Virus record (IMG/VR): IMGVR_UViG_3300007541_000022
Span: 1 to 63,018 of that record
Origin: a virus
Taxonomy: Duplodnaviria > Caudoviricetes
Reading direction: 5' to 3' (one strand)
Length of the DNA stretch: 63,018 nt
The translations under genes and the position numbers were made by a program. The first letter of the stretch is position 1. The number at the start of each line of letters is the position of its first letter. The notes beneath the pieces were generated by a model. It was not told the origin of the DNA and ran no database searches. It was given only the letters and a program-made list of their open reading frames with translations. Shown one piece after another: positions 49,475-59,882 of the stretch.

Positions 49475-50539
49475 ATGGACACACAATTATTACAAAAAGT
49501 AGAACAATCAATTAAGAACTTGGAAGATAAATCAGTTAGAATTTATTTTTTAGTTCAAGATACTAAAGGAAATGCAAGAGCAAGTGTAAGACACATATAT
49601 GAAATTGCGTTAACTTTAAAAAATAACGGATTTAACCCAATTATTATTCATGAGAATAAAGAATATGTTGGGGTATCTGAATGGATGGGTGAGGATTATA
49701 TGTCATTACCTCATGAATCTATCGATGGTCAAAATTTACAAATTTCACCTGAAGATTTCATAGTAGTACCTGAAATTTATGGTCATGTATTGGAACAAGT
49801 TTCTAAATTACCATGTGGTAAAATAGTAATGTGTCAAGCATATGACCACATGTTAGAAACATTACAACCTGGTACATCATGGTCACAATATGGATTCCTT
49901 AAAGCAATTTCAACAAACGAGAAACAAGTTGAGTATGTAAAAGGAATTATGAAAAATATTACTTTTGACATTATTGAACCTTATATTCCTGAGGTATTTT
50001 CGGAAAAAGAAAAACCATCAAAACCAATTATTTCAATCCATACTCGTGAACAAAGAGATACGATGAAAATCATTAAAACTTTTTACCTAAAATACCCACA
50101 ATTTAGATGGATTACTTTTAGAGATATGAGAGGATTAAATCAAGAAGAATTCGCAACCTACCTTAAGGATTCATTTGTTTCAGTATGGGTAGATGACACT
50201 TCAGGTTTTGGTACATTCCCAATTGAATCAATGGCATCTCGTACACCTGTAATTGGAAAAGTACCTAATATGAAACCTGAATGGATGATGGATAATAATG
50301 GTGTTTGGACATATGAATTAAATCAAATGCCAGACATTATTGCTGAGTTTATTCAAAATTGGTTAGAGGATAATATCTCTGATGGTTTATATCAAGAAGG
50401 TTTAAACACAGCATCGAAATATAAAAATAAAGAGGAATTTGATAGTAGTGTTATTTCTACATTTAATTCTTACTTAGAAGTAAGAAAAGAATCCTTTGTT
50501 TCGCAAATTGATAAATTAAAAGTAACAGAAGAAAATTAA
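49475..50539 (+). CDS. Glycosyltransferase, GT-B/GT4-like
   Basis: DFIVVPE, SGFGTFPIESMASRTPVIG (EGFG-P-EAMA-like motif). Confidence 0.8.
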   Translation: MDTQLLQKVEQSIKNLEDKSVRIYFLVQDTKGNARASVRHIYEIALTLKNNGFNPIIIHENKEYVGVSEWMGEDYMSLPHESIDGQNLQISPEDFIVVPEIYGHVLEQVSKLPCGKIVMCQAYDHMLETLQPGTSWSQYGFLKAISTNEKQVEYVKGIMKNITFDIIEPYIPEVFSEKEKPSKPIISIHTREQRDTMKIIKTFYLKYPQFRWITFRDMRGLNQEEFATYLKDSFVSVWVDDTSGFGTFPIESMASRTPVIGKVPNMKPEWMMDNNGVWTYELNQMPDIIAEFIQNWLEDNISDGLYQEGLNTASKYKNKEEFDSSVISTFNSYLEVRKESFVSQIDKLKVTEEN

Positions 50540-50544
50540 TTAGT

Positions 50545-51351
50545 ATGGAAAGTAAAATAAATGTATCAGTAATATTACCTGTAAACTCATCTAAAAATAA
50601 AAACTTTACAGAGTTTTTCGAGAGCAGTATTAAATCAATAAAAAATCAATCAACACCAGTTGATGAAGTTGTTATTGTACATAGTGATGAAGAATCACTA
50701 AAAATGTTTTTAAATGAATTTGATTTTAGCGGGTTAACCGTTAATATGGTTGAAAATACCGGAGACGTTGATTTTTCAAGTCAAGTAAATAAAGGTGTTG
50801 AAAACGCAAAGAATGAATGGGTTTCTATTTTGGAATTTGACGATGAATATGCAACTATATGGTTTAAAAATGTTAAACGTTATATTGAGGCATATCCTGA
50901 GGTTTCAGGATTTTTACCGTTAGTCGTTGATGTAGACGAAAAAGGTGTGTTTGCTGGTTTCACTAATGAGGCAACATTCGCAGCTAATATGAACACAGAA
51001 ATTGGTTATTTAACCAACGAAGTTCTGTTAAATTATCAAAACTTCCAATCAAGCGGTATGGTTATTAAAAAATCATTATTTAATGATTTTGGAGGTTTTA
51101 AAAAATCTATGAAGCTAACTTTCGTTTATGAGTTCCTATTAAGATTGAGTTATAATTCAGTAAAAATTATGACTATTCCTCGAATAGGTTATAAACACAT
51201 GAATATGAGAGAAGGTTCCATCTTTTGGAACTACAAATTTGGAGAGAATAAGATAACCGAGGATGAGGTTGCTTTTTGGATTGATTCGGCAAAAAAAGAA
51301 CATTTCTTTATTGAAGATAGGAACATAAATTACCAACCTGAAAATGTTTAA
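50545..51351 (+). CDS. Glycosyltransferase, GT2-like
   Basis: VSVILPV, NKGVENAKNEWVSILEFDDEY, FGGFK, YEFLLRL. Confidence 0.82.
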   Translation: MESKINVSVILPVNSSKNKNFTEFFESSIKSIKNQSTPVDEVVIVHSDEESLKMFLNEFDFSGLTVNMVENTGDVDFSSQVNKGVENAKNEWVSILEFDDEYATIWFKNVKRYIEAYPEVSGFLPLVVDVDEKGVFAGFTNEATFAANMNTEIGYLTNEVLLNYQNFQSSGMVIKKSLFNDFGGFKKSMKLTFVYEFLLRLSYNSVKIMTIPRIGYKHMNMREGSIFWNYKFGENKITEDEVAFWIDSAKKEHFFIEDRNINYQPENV

Positions 51352-52106
51352 TGTTTTTAGAATCTTTAAGTGGTGATTCCTTAAATTCAGAAGAAAAGAA
51401 AAAAAGAGGAAGAAAACCAACGACAAATAATTATTTCGCGGAAACTGAAGAAATGGCAGTTAGGATGTTCCTAACTGCCAGTACTTTTACGGAAAAAAAT
51501 GAAATATATAATGATTTTCTTAGGGCTCCATTAGATAAGATGATAGAGTCCATTATTAGAAGATATAAGTTATATAGAAAAGATATGGATTTCCGTGAAA
51601 TACATCATGATACCCATTCCTTTTTAATAACTAAGGTTGATAAGTTCAAACCTTCAAAAGGTAAAAAGGCGTATTCTTATTTTGGTACTATTTGTAAAAA
51701 TTATCTAATGGGTATGATAATTAAGGACCAAAAAGAACAGAATAGAAAAATTTCATATGAGGATATTACTTCTAAATTAGAAAACAGACCTGATATGATT
51801 TATTATATTGAAAATGAAAAAATAGAACCTGCTGAAGTAATAAGTGAATTTGTAAAAGAACTTAATGACTTTATTGAAAACAGTCCACTTAATAGTAATG
51901 AGTTAAAACTAGGGTACGCATTAGTAGAGTTATTTGAAAATTATAATGAAATTTTTATAGGTACTGATAATAATAAATTTAATAAGAATATCATTTTATT
52001 GTCTTTAAGGGAAATGACAAATATGTCAACCAAAGAGATTAGAACATCAATGAGAAAATACAAAAAGTTGTATTACGATTTAAGTACAAGACTAAACAAC
52101 TTATAA
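51351..52106 (+). CDS. Phage sigma-factor-like protein (late sigma, gp55-like)
   Basis: Region-2-like KVDKFKPSKGKKAYSYFGTICKNYL; NYFAE N-terminus. Confidence 0.7.
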   Translation: MFLESLSGDSLNSEEKKKRGRKPTTNNYFAETEEMAVRMFLTASTFTEKNEIYNDFLRAPLDKMIESIIRRYKLYRKDMDFREIHHDTHSFLITKVDKFKPSKGKKAYSYFGTICKNYLMGMIIKDQKEQNRKISYEDITSKLENRPDMIYYIENEKIEPAEVISEFVKELNDFIENSPLNSNELKLGYALVELFENYNEIFIGTDNNKFNKNIILLSLREMTNMSTKEIRTSMRKYKKLYYDLSTRLNNL

Positions 52107-52135
52107 AAAGTTATTCTCTAAATATTTATAGTATT

Positions 52136-52510
52136 ATGGCAAGACCGAAAAAAAAAGAAATAGTTTTAAGTAAAGATTCAGTTCTTTCTCTTATGCAAGA
52201 AATCTACAACGAACTCGTGGAGCAGAGGGCAACTGCGGTTAGAATACAAAACAAAATGTTGGCAATGTTGAAAGACCCTGAGGATATGACGGTAATCGGT
52301 CCTGTTATAAAAGAACAACAAAAAATAATAAACGATACCATAGAAAAAAAGCTCTCATTATCTAAATTACAGTCAACTATATGGGAAAAATCCAATAATA
52401 ACACTGAAGAAAGTTTTAGTTTATCTGAAATTGATGATGATACACTACAAACTTTAATACAAAAAGATTTAGGAAATGACGAGAAAAATGATGGTTACAA
52501 GTTAGAGTAA
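52136..52510 (+). CDS. Hypothetical coiled-coil protein
   Basis: 124-aa helical ORF with TATTTAT 6 nt upstream. Confidence 0.65.
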   Translation: MARPKKKEIVLSKDSVLSLMQEIYNELVEQRATAVRIQNKMLAMLKDPEDMTVIGPVIKEQQKIINDTIEKKLSLSKLQSTIWEKSNNNTEESFSLSEIDDDTLQTLIQKDLGNDEKNDGYKLE

Positions 52511-52522
52511 AAAATAACCATT

Positions 52523-54481
52523 ATGTCTAGTAATTACGAAAAGTTTAAAGAAGCCGGTGCCAAGATAGATGCTTATCAATCCACCAAACAAACACAGTTA
52601 GACGAGATTGAAATTAAAAAACTATCAAATGGTAATAATTTTGCACAAACCAAAAGTGAAGCGTTAAAACAACTTAACGCAATGGGTGACATCAAACAAA
52701 GAGCCCAACAACAAGTAAAAACCACTTTTGACGAATTAGTAGATTTATTTAAAAAATCTGCACCTAACCCAAAAAACACAGGGTCAAGTACTGCTGACTT
52801 TTTAGTTAAACAAATACTAATGGCCAGTGAAAATACTAAAAGTAGATTAGGTGAGATAGTCACCGAGGAAGTCCTACATGTTGCAGGTTGTTCTGAAGAA
52901 CAAACTTTTGACACTGCACAAAAACTATACATTAAAGTATCGGATATTGACTTAAGGGAATTATTAAATAATAGTCCCGATTCAGAACCTTGGAATTTAA
53001 GGTACGAAAAAAATCAAATAAGTGTTGGTTCTCAACCATTTTCAATGGATAGAGAATTATACAATAGACTTCAAAATGTTGGAACATCGTTTAATTCACA
53101 ATATGGTAACAATTACATAGGTGCTTCAGGTGCTGGTTTATTTGACATTAAGTATGTAACTAGTTACGTACAAGGCGGTACCACTTATTATGGTGACTTT
53201 TATGAGGTAACCATGGCAAATAGAATCACAGGAAATAATGTCGGTGATTTTTTAAGAGATTATTATAAATCGATTGACCTTATAAATTTTGATATGATTT
53301 CTGTTGAAATTATCAATATGTTAACAAACATTATTGATATTTCAGGCGGAATTTCAATTGGACAAAAGGAAGCTCAATCAAAATTTGCAATAATACTACA
53401 AAGAATATTAGGTTTGTGTTTTGACAGTACAAAAGAAATTGATGTACAAGGGACCGCTAAAGTAGGTCAGTTAGATAACATCGACCCATCGTTTTTTGAA
53501 ATGTCTCCGACCGACCTAAAAAACATTGAAATTGAGGTTAATAATATGATTCAAGGAGTTACAGAATTCACTGACTGTGATAACGTTAAATTACCAGTTA
53601 ATACTGAATCTTTATTATCGTCTCTAAATGCATTACGAGAAAATGGTAGTGATAACCCTAAAGACAGAATTGATGAATTCACTAAAATGGTTAATGATAT
53701 GTCTAAAGACCAAAATTGGTCAATAAACATACCTAACAATATTAATTTTGATTTAAATGCTTCGATTAATTTTGATTTACTTAAAATAATACCTAAAGCG
53801 GCTATGTTTTCAGTATTAACTCCAAAAATGTTATTGGGGTTATTTATCGTATTAAAATCAATTAACCCATCATTTGCACTATCGTTTGTTATTGATGGCT
53901 TCAAGTCCTTTATGGAAAAATTTGGTAAGTTTATAGTTAATATGATGAGTAAAATTGCAGCACTATTTGTTGAGGAACTATTCAAACTACTTAAGAAAAA
54001 TCTTAGATTATTGGTTGAGATTCTACTTTTAGAAATAGTAAAAGAATCTAAAGATAAAAGAGCGGTAATAATAAGTTCAGTCATTTTTATATTAATTCAA
54101 ACAGTATCGGGTATTATAGATTATAGAGAATGTAAAAGTTTAGTTGATGAAATATTAAATCTTTTAAATTTAGGGGCGGCGGTTATTGGTGTATCAATTC
54201 CATCTTTTGCACTTGCGGCTAGTTCATTACTTGGAGGTTTCTCACCAACAAGAGCAATGACTGAGGTGACTAAAAGAATGCAAGAATTAGGAGTACCAAC
54301 TGGTGATTTACCTGACGGTTCACCTAATATTGCAATGCCTGCGATATTCCAACAAATTAAAGGTTCTTACCAAGAACAATTGGCAAATGGTAAAGTTGAG
54401 GTTTGGATACCTCCATTGGCGGTACCACCTGTAGTTGCGGGTTCAACTGTTCCAACTAAAGCATCAGGAAAAGCGTTTTAA
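52523..54481 (+). CDS. Hypothetical (probable baseplate-associated) protein
   Basis: 652-aa ORF in late operon before the spike gene; hydrophobic helices in C-terminal half. Confidence 0.6.
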   Translation: MSSNYEKFKEAGAKIDAYQSTKQTQLDEIEIKKLSNGNNFAQTKSEALKQLNAMGDIKQRAQQQVKTTFDELVDLFKKSAPNPKNTGSSTADFLVKQILMASENTKSRLGEIVTEEVLHVAGCSEEQTFDTAQKLYIKVSDIDLRELLNNSPDSEPWNLRYEKNQISVGSQPFSMDRELYNRLQNVGTSFNSQYGNNYIGASGAGLFDIKYVTSYVQGGTTYYGDFYEVTMANRITGNNVGDFLRDYYKSIDLINFDMISVEIINMLTNIIDISGGISIGQKEAQSKFAIILQRILGLCFDSTKEIDVQGTAKVGQLDNIDPSFFEMSPTDLKNIEIEVNNMIQGVTEFTDCDNVKLPVNTESLLSSLNALRENGSDNPKDRIDEFTKMVNDMSKDQNWSINIPNNINFDLNASINFDLLKIIPKAAMFSVLTPKMLLGLFIVLKSINPSFALSFVIDGFKSFMEKFGKFIVNMMSKIAALFVEELFKLLKKNLRLLVEILLLEIVKESKDKRAVIISSVIFILIQTVSGIIDYRECKSLVDEILNLLNLGAAVIGVSIPSFALAASSLLGGFSPTRAMTEVTKRMQELGVPTGDLPDGSPNIAMPAIFQQIKGSYQEQLANGKVEVWIPPLAVPPVVAGSTVPTKASGKAF

Positions 54482-54483
54482 TT

Positions 54484-54684
54484 ATGAATGAAGATAAAAT
54501 AAAAAAAATAATTATGGAGTATGAATCAAGACCTAATAAGGATTTGATTGAAGCCATGGACCATCTTCAAAATGATTTTGAAGAAACAAAAAAATTAATA
54601 ATTAAATTAACAAGACATTTAGATGGTACCGAAACTGTATATAATAAATTATTGAGGGAATATAAAAAAAGAAATAAGAAATGA
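54484..54684 (+). CDS. Small coiled-coil hypothetical protein
   Basis: Coupled 66-aa ORF. Confidence 0.6.
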   Translation: MNEDKIKKIIMEYESRPNKDLIEAMDHLQNDFEETKKLIIKLTRHLDGTETVYNKLLREYKKRNKK

Positions 54685-56243
54685 GCGATAATAATCTACC
54701 ATATAATAATAGAATTATATTTTACGGTGAATGTATTGACACAAAGGACCCGTTGGGGTTGGGTAGAATTCGTGCAATATTAAAAAGTGAAAATACTGCA
54801 GATAGAGAAAAAAGTTTTAATGAATCGAAAAAAATATCTGTAGATGATTTGTGGACGACAAAAGACCCATTTGTTATTAGACCTTTATTACCTGTTTTTA
54901 TTAATACTGTACCTAAAAAAAATGAATATGTTCATCTAATCTATTCAAATATTGATGATAAATCTAATAAGGATAAATTTTATATTGGTGGAGTATTTTC
55001 ATCGTTAACTACGTTAGAAAATGAGCCTTACGAATCATCAGTTGGTAATTCTAATTTAGGTGTAAGAAATAAAGAAAACAAAAAACTTAGAAACCATAAA
55101 AATGGTGAAGAGTTTGATGCGAACAATAAAGGTGTTTATTCACTACCTGAAGATATATCAATTGATGGAAGAGGTAGTGCCGACATTGTAGTAAAGGATA
55201 ATACTGTTTTATTAAGGGCTGGTAAGTATAATAGCGTACCAAAACCAAATGTTTATCCAATTGCTAATAATACACGAGCTTTCTTACAATTAAGTAAATT
55301 TGACCAAAAGACACAATACGGAACACCTGAAACTTTATATAAATTCACATTTAAACATAAGTCTATTAAATTATTGGTTGAGTATAATGTTATTAACCCT
55401 GACAATACTGCAAATTCATATACAGGTTCAGTTAACATCTACACACTAAAACCAAATGAAAAAACAAATACTAAAAACTTTGATAACTTAAGTGATGTTG
55501 AAGGTGAAAAAAGTTTATTAAAGATTTTTAGTTTTACTGCAGAACCTAAAGAAAATGTTGTAAAATTAATAAATTCAATATTAGATGGGGTTTCTAATGG
55601 TTTAATACCTAAATTAAATGATATTGCACCTTCAGTTAATCCTGTTGGTCCCTTACAATTAGATAAAGGTTTATCTTTCCCATACTACTTTAGACCTCAA
55701 CCTAGTTTATTTAATATCCTAAATAGTCAAACATCTTCTACCGCATCTAAAATTTTTATCGGTAACTTAATGATGGGAGTCGCAGCAGTATCTACAGATG
55801 CAACGCCAGGTTATGGTTTAGTCTATGATGAATCTAAAAAACAATCAGTACCTTTTACACCTGAGAAAAATGTTGTAATACCACAAGAAAAAATTAAACT
55901 TAATAATACCTCATCATTATTAGGTGGTGATTATGTTTATTTACTTTCACACAAATCGGTAAAGAAAAGTACGGGAAAAATTGACTTAAAAGATACATTA
56001 TACGGTATTGGTGAAAATGTAATAAGTGACGAAATTGAACCTAAAACATCATCATCAGTAAGAGGTGAAGAGTTAGTAGAGTTATTAAACTTAATTGTTC
56101 AGTTCTTAATTACCCACGTTCACCCATATCATGGGATGCAACCTAATCCTCAATCTTTAAACGGTGTTACCGCTGACAAATTACTTGAAGAACTTAGAAA
56201 TGCAAATGAAAAGATTTTAAACAAGTATATTCGAATAAACTAA
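54681..56243 (+). CDS. Baseplate central spike, gp5/gpV/VgrG OB-fold-like
   Basis: GECIDTKDPLGLGRIRA and VPKKNEYV OB-fold motifs; C-terminal GEEL...THVHPYH metal-binding tip. Confidence 0.75.
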   Translation: MSDNNLPYNNRIIFYGECIDTKDPLGLGRIRAILKSENTADREKSFNESKKISVDDLWTTKDPFVIRPLLPVFINTVPKKNEYVHLIYSNIDDKSNKDKFYIGGVFSSLTTLENEPYESSVGNSNLGVRNKENKKLRNHKNGEEFDANNKGVYSLPEDISIDGRGSADIVVKDNTVLLRAGKYNSVPKPNVYPIANNTRAFLQLSKFDQKTQYGTPETLYKFTFKHKSIKLLVEYNVINPDNTANSYTGSVNIYTLKPNEKTNTKNFDNLSDVEGEKSLLKIFSFTAEPKENVVKLINSILDGVSNGLIPKLNDIAPSVNPVGPLQLDKGLSFPYYFRPQPSLFNILNSQTSSTASKIFIGNLMMGVAAVSTDATPGYGLVYDESKKQSVPFTPEKNVVIPQEKIKLNNTSSLLGGDYVYLLSHKSVKKSTGKIDLKDTLYGIGENVISDEIEPKTSSSVRGEELVELLNLIVQFLITHVHPYHGMQPNPQSLNGVTADKLLEELRNANEKILNKYIRIN

Positions 56244-56264
56244 GTATTTATATTAAAAGATTAT

Positions 56265-57734
56265 ATGTCAGTTTACAAATCATATTTTAATAGAAACAAC
56301 ACAATAGTTTTTAATTCATACTCAAATACAGGTAGAAACCCTGTTGTTGAACTCTTTTTTGGTAGAGTTGATGACATTCTTTTACCTAAAGGTTTTAGTC
56401 GTTTTATTTTCGATATCGATTTATCTAAATTACAAGAAAAAATTGCTGACGGTGTAATTTCTACAGGATGTTCTAGAAATATGAAACATATTCTTAGAAT
56501 GACAAATACTTCTGCATTTGATGAGGAATTATTAAATGATAAATGGTCTAATGGTAGAAGAAGAGCTACTTCATTTGATTTAGTATTGTTTAGAATACCT
56601 AAAATTTCTGGAGATACGGGTAACCCACAATTATGGGATGAAGGTGTTGGATATGATTATTATAATTTTAATCAGTTACCAACTGACAAATCATATTCCA
56701 GTAGACCTTCAAATTGGTATGAATCACAAACAATATCAAATTGGTCATATGATGGTTTATATGATAATGAAAATAATCAAACTATTTCAGGATTAAATTT
56801 TTCAGGTCTTACTATTATTGACACTCAACATTTTGAATTTGGTAATGAAGATATTGAGTTTGATATGACTGATGAAATTAACGACATACTTACAGGTGCA
56901 ACTACAGGTATTACAGGATGGGGTGTTGCTTTTTATCCTCAAGTTGAAAATATTACAGGATTAACTGAGAATTATTCTGTCGGTTTCTTTTCAAGACACA
57001 CTCAAACATTTTATGAGCCATTCTTAGAAACAACATACGATGATTTAATTCAAGACGATAGAAACATATTCTATTCGGGTAAATTAAATAAGTTGTATCT
57101 ATACAGTTATAATTTTGGAGTACCTCAAAACTTTGATTCAAATCCTACAGTAGATATTTTAGATTTAAATGGTAATCCTGTCGCTGGTTTTACAGATTTA
57201 CCTACGTGTTTAGTAACTAATGGGGTTTATGAAGTTGAGGTTGATGGATTAACCGCATCTACAGTACCTTGTATGTATTATGACCTATGGAAAGGTTTGG
57301 AAATTAACGGGGTTGCCTTAGATAATGTTGAAAACGAATTTGTAATTAACAACTTATCACAATTATATCAAATAGGTTCAACAACAAATGAACCATCTAT
57401 ATATGGATTTGATTTTTATGGTATTAAACAAGATGAAAAAATATTAACAACTGACACTCGTAAAGTTAATGTGATAATTAAGAAAGCTTACACAACAAAT
57501 GAAGTATTAAGTAAGGTACAGGCATATTATAGAGTTTACGTCAGAGAAGGTAAAACAGAGGTTCAGGTTCAAGACTGGACATTATTAAACAGGACACCTG
57601 ATGGTCATTATTTTATTTTTAATACTGATGATAAGATTCCTAATGAATATTTTATTGATTTGAAAGTAATAACTGACAGAGAAGTAAATACTTATAAAAA
57701 AGAACTTAAATTCCAAATAGTTAATAGAAAATGA
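56265..57734 (+). CDS. Probable virion structural protein
   Basis: NTGRNPVVEL, SRFIFDID, WDEGVG, FFSRHTQTFYEPFLE; beta-rich; TATTTAT upstream. Confidence 0.65.
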   Translation: MSVYKSYFNRNNTIVFNSYSNTGRNPVVELFFGRVDDILLPKGFSRFIFDIDLSKLQEKIADGVISTGCSRNMKHILRMTNTSAFDEELLNDKWSNGRRRATSFDLVLFRIPKISGDTGNPQLWDEGVGYDYYNFNQLPTDKSYSSRPSNWYESQTISNWSYDGLYDNENNQTISGLNFSGLTIIDTQHFEFGNEDIEFDMTDEINDILTGATTGITGWGVAFYPQVENITGLTENYSVGFFSRHTQTFYEPFLETTYDDLIQDDRNIFYSGKLNKLYLYSYNFGVPQNFDSNPTVDILDLNGNPVAGFTDLPTCLVTNGVYEVEVDGLTASTVPCMYYDLWKGLEINGVALDNVENEFVINNLSQLYQIGSTTNEPSIYGFDFYGIKQDEKILTTDTRKVNVIIKKAYTTNEVLSKVQAYYRVYVREGKTEVQVQDWTLLNRTPDGHYFIFNTDDKIPNEYFIDLKVITDREVNTYKKELKFQIVNRK

Positions 57735-57988
57735 AAAAGATAGTAATTAGTGAGTCTGAATTAATTGAAATCATTAGTAGAGTAATTAACGAAAAGAAAA
57801 AAAGTAAAAAGAAAAAAAAGAAGGACACCACTTTGTGTTCAAGAGGTAAATCAGCCGCAAAAGCTAAATTTGAAGTTTATCCTTCAGCATATGCTAATGG
57901 TTACGCAGTCCAAGTGTGTAAAGGTAAAATGCCAGGATTGGATGGGGAAAAAAGATGTTCAGGTAAATATTGTTCAGGTAAAAAATAA
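57731..57988 (+). CDS. Small basic protein with ISESEL leader and VYPSAYAN motif
   Basis: MKKIVISESELIEIISRVINE, then Lys run and LCSRGK...FEVYPSAYANGYAVQVCKG. Confidence 0.7.
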   Translation: MKKIVISESELIEIISRVINEKKKSKKKKKKDTTLCSRGKSAAKAKFEVYPSAYANGYAVQVCKGKMPGLDGEKRCSGKYCSGKK

Positions 57989-57992
57989 TTAC

Positions 57993-58000
57993 TATATTTG
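57993..58000 (+). promoter_or_regulatory. Bacteroidota-type -7 element TAnnTTTG
   Basis: TATATTTG about 20 nt upstream of ATG 58020. Confidence 0.5.
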
Positions 58001-58019
58001 TAGCCTAAAATCCTGCTCA

Positions 58020-58211
58020 ATGTATACCAGAAATAAAACATACCAACTTGTTAAGGTTAAAAACGATGAAGAAAAAATTGTTTTAGAAACCGATTCATCA
58101 TGTGTTGAAAAAGCACTTGATTACTTTTATACGATAAAGCCAAAATGTTACGGTAATCCAAAGTATAGGATTTCAATTAAGAATTCTGAACCTGTTATTG
58201 AAAATTGGTAA
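58020..58211 (+). CDS. Hypothetical protein (63 aa)
   Basis: ATG 58020 MYTRNKTYQL avoids overlap with the upstream gene and follows the promoter element. Confidence 0.55.
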   Translation: MYTRNKTYQLVKVKNDEEKIVLETDSSCVEKALDYFYTIKPKCYGNPKYRISIKNSEPVIENW

Positions 58212-58766
58212 TTAAACCATTTTAGATATTACCCATTTATAACCATAATCTCCACCGTGAGATAACCAATCAACATATTCTTTGTGTTGTTCAGGTTTAC
58301 CTTTAAAATTTTCATTAAGAGTTATTGATTTAGAAATGGAATCAAAGAATTGTTTTAGTTCTTTGATTTCTTTTTTTGTTGCAAATTTGCTTTCGATTAG
58401 TTTAATCGTTAACTGATTAACATTATTGCTTTTTTTACCATACATAACACCCTTTTTCATTTGATTTAAAACCAAACTAGGTATTCTATATTGTTCATTA
58501 TTTTCAATGATAACTATTTTAAGGTCACCAGTCCCTTTAATTACTCTATGATAGGTCTCTTTAGGTATAAAGTATTTTTGTCCTTCCTGCAAGACCTGAG
58601 GTAGTTCCTCATCCATTTGTAACTTCCAACCGTTACCCGATTCAACAAAAACAATGCGGTCAAACTGGTCTCTATGCCATTTTAACTCATCAGACTCGAC
58701 ATTTTCAGTGAAAACTCGTCTAATTTTATTATGTGATATTTTTTCTTGACTATAAACCATTACCAA
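58212..58766 (-). CDS. Cupin-like domain fused to GGD..W domain
   Basis: ELKWHRD..DR.V...GWKLQMD...IPKETYHRVIKG (cupin-like), then YVDWLSHGGDYGYKW. Confidence 0.6.
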   Translation of the reverse strand: MVMVYSQEKISHNKIRRVFTENVESDELKWHRDQFDRIVFVESGNGWKLQMDEELPQVLQEGQKYFIPKETYHRVIKGTGDLKIVIIENNEQYRIPSLVLNQMKKGVMYGKKSNNVNQLTIKLIESKFATKKEIKELKQFFDSISKSITLNENFKGKPEQHKEYVDWLSHGGDYGYKWVISKMV

Positions 58767-59803
58767 AATCTACCTGATACATTTTTACCAAAATCTTTAT
58801 GTGCTCTACACGCCCAATAACCTGCCTTTGTTTTGTCTGTTTTCTTTTCACACTGATGTCTCGCCGCAAATGATTTACGAGCCGCGGGGTCATTCCATTT
58901 GGCTGTCATAACAGGAGAACCATAACTGACTTTTTTAATTTTTCCTGTTTTAGGATTACGAACATATACGTACCATTTTTTTGAACCACCACTTTTAGGT
59001 TTATTTAATTGTACTTTTTTACCCTTATACTCGGCCTCATTTAATAAACCGATAGATGCCATAAATTTATCGTAGTCATATTCAACATCTTCTATATTGA
59101 ATTGGTTAATCATATTATTAGCAATAGACTTTCTATTTTCAATATCTTTAACCTGATTTAAAATATCAATAATACCGTCAACCATTTCTTTATCGGCATC
59201 TTCCTTTACTAATGGATAATCCAATGGTAGTTTTAAACCGTGGTATTTAAAAAATTTACCTCTTTCAGACTCTAATATTTCAATATCATCTTTAGACCAT
59301 TTACCGATACCTTTGTTGTATAATTCACGAGCCTCATTAATTACCTTAAAGTATTTTGGACTTCCATATCTAAATAAATTTTCATCCAATGATATTCTAT
59401 TATCAATATGGTATTTTAATTCTTCTGAAATAATTGGTTTATCATGTTCTAAAACTAAATTAACCAATCTATCTATTGCTTCGTTTTTCTTTTTATAATT
59501 TTTCACTTTGATACGTGTTGGCTTTTGACCTTTACCTGTTTGAGGGTCTTTCTTTTCTTTATCTCTTTTTCTACGACAAGCAGAGTCTTTTTCAGATTGT
59601 GTCATTTTACCAGCAACTCCTGCCGCACGACAAACGGGATATGCACCTTCATCAGCATCTTTTCTACCGCATGGTGGATGTCCACCACCTTTTTTCTTCT
59701 TACAGATATTAACCCAAGGACCTTTTGGTTGTGAAGAACCTTTCTTTTTTTTCTTCTTTCCGAACCAAACCGCTAAATCTTCAGATAAAATGTATTCACT
59801 CAT
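58760..59803 (-). CDS. Multi-module basic Cys/His protein with L-x-E junctions
   Basis: Module 1 WF...PWVNI...CGR...YPVCR; last module AEYKGKKVQLNKP...RKSFAARHQC...AGYWAC. Confidence 0.7.
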   Translation of the reverse strand: MSEYILSEDLAVWFGKKKKKKGSSQPKGPWVNICKKKKGGGHPPCGRKDADEGAYPVCRAAGVAGKMTQSEKDSACRRKRDKEKKDPQTGKGQKPTRIKVKNYKKKNEAIDRLVNLVLEHDKPIISEELKYHIDNRISLDENLFRYGSPKYFKVINEARELYNKGIGKWSKDDIEILESERGKFFKYHGLKLPLDYPLVKEDADKEMVDGIIDILNQVKDIENRKSIANNMINQFNIEDVEYDYDKFMASIGLLNEAEYKGKKVQLNKPKSGGSKKWYVYVRNPKTGKIKKVSYGSPVMTAKWNDPAARKSFAARHQCEKKTDKTKAGYWACRAHKDFGKNVSGRFW

Positions 59804-59882
59804 ACTTGATTATTATTATATTTTTCTTATCTATATTACATAAATATAACGAAGAATAAACTTTTCACTTAAATAAAAAAAA

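Noticed and set aside
38209-51351. Bacterial LPS/capsule locus or host contamination
   Set aside because: Sugar genes are interleaved and coupled with phage-type dut, exonuclease, phoH and sigma genes; no wzx/wzy/wzz or ABC exporter.
52136-52510. Small terminase subunit call
   Set aside because: Helical size is compatible, but there is no diagnostic motif and no large terminase in the window.
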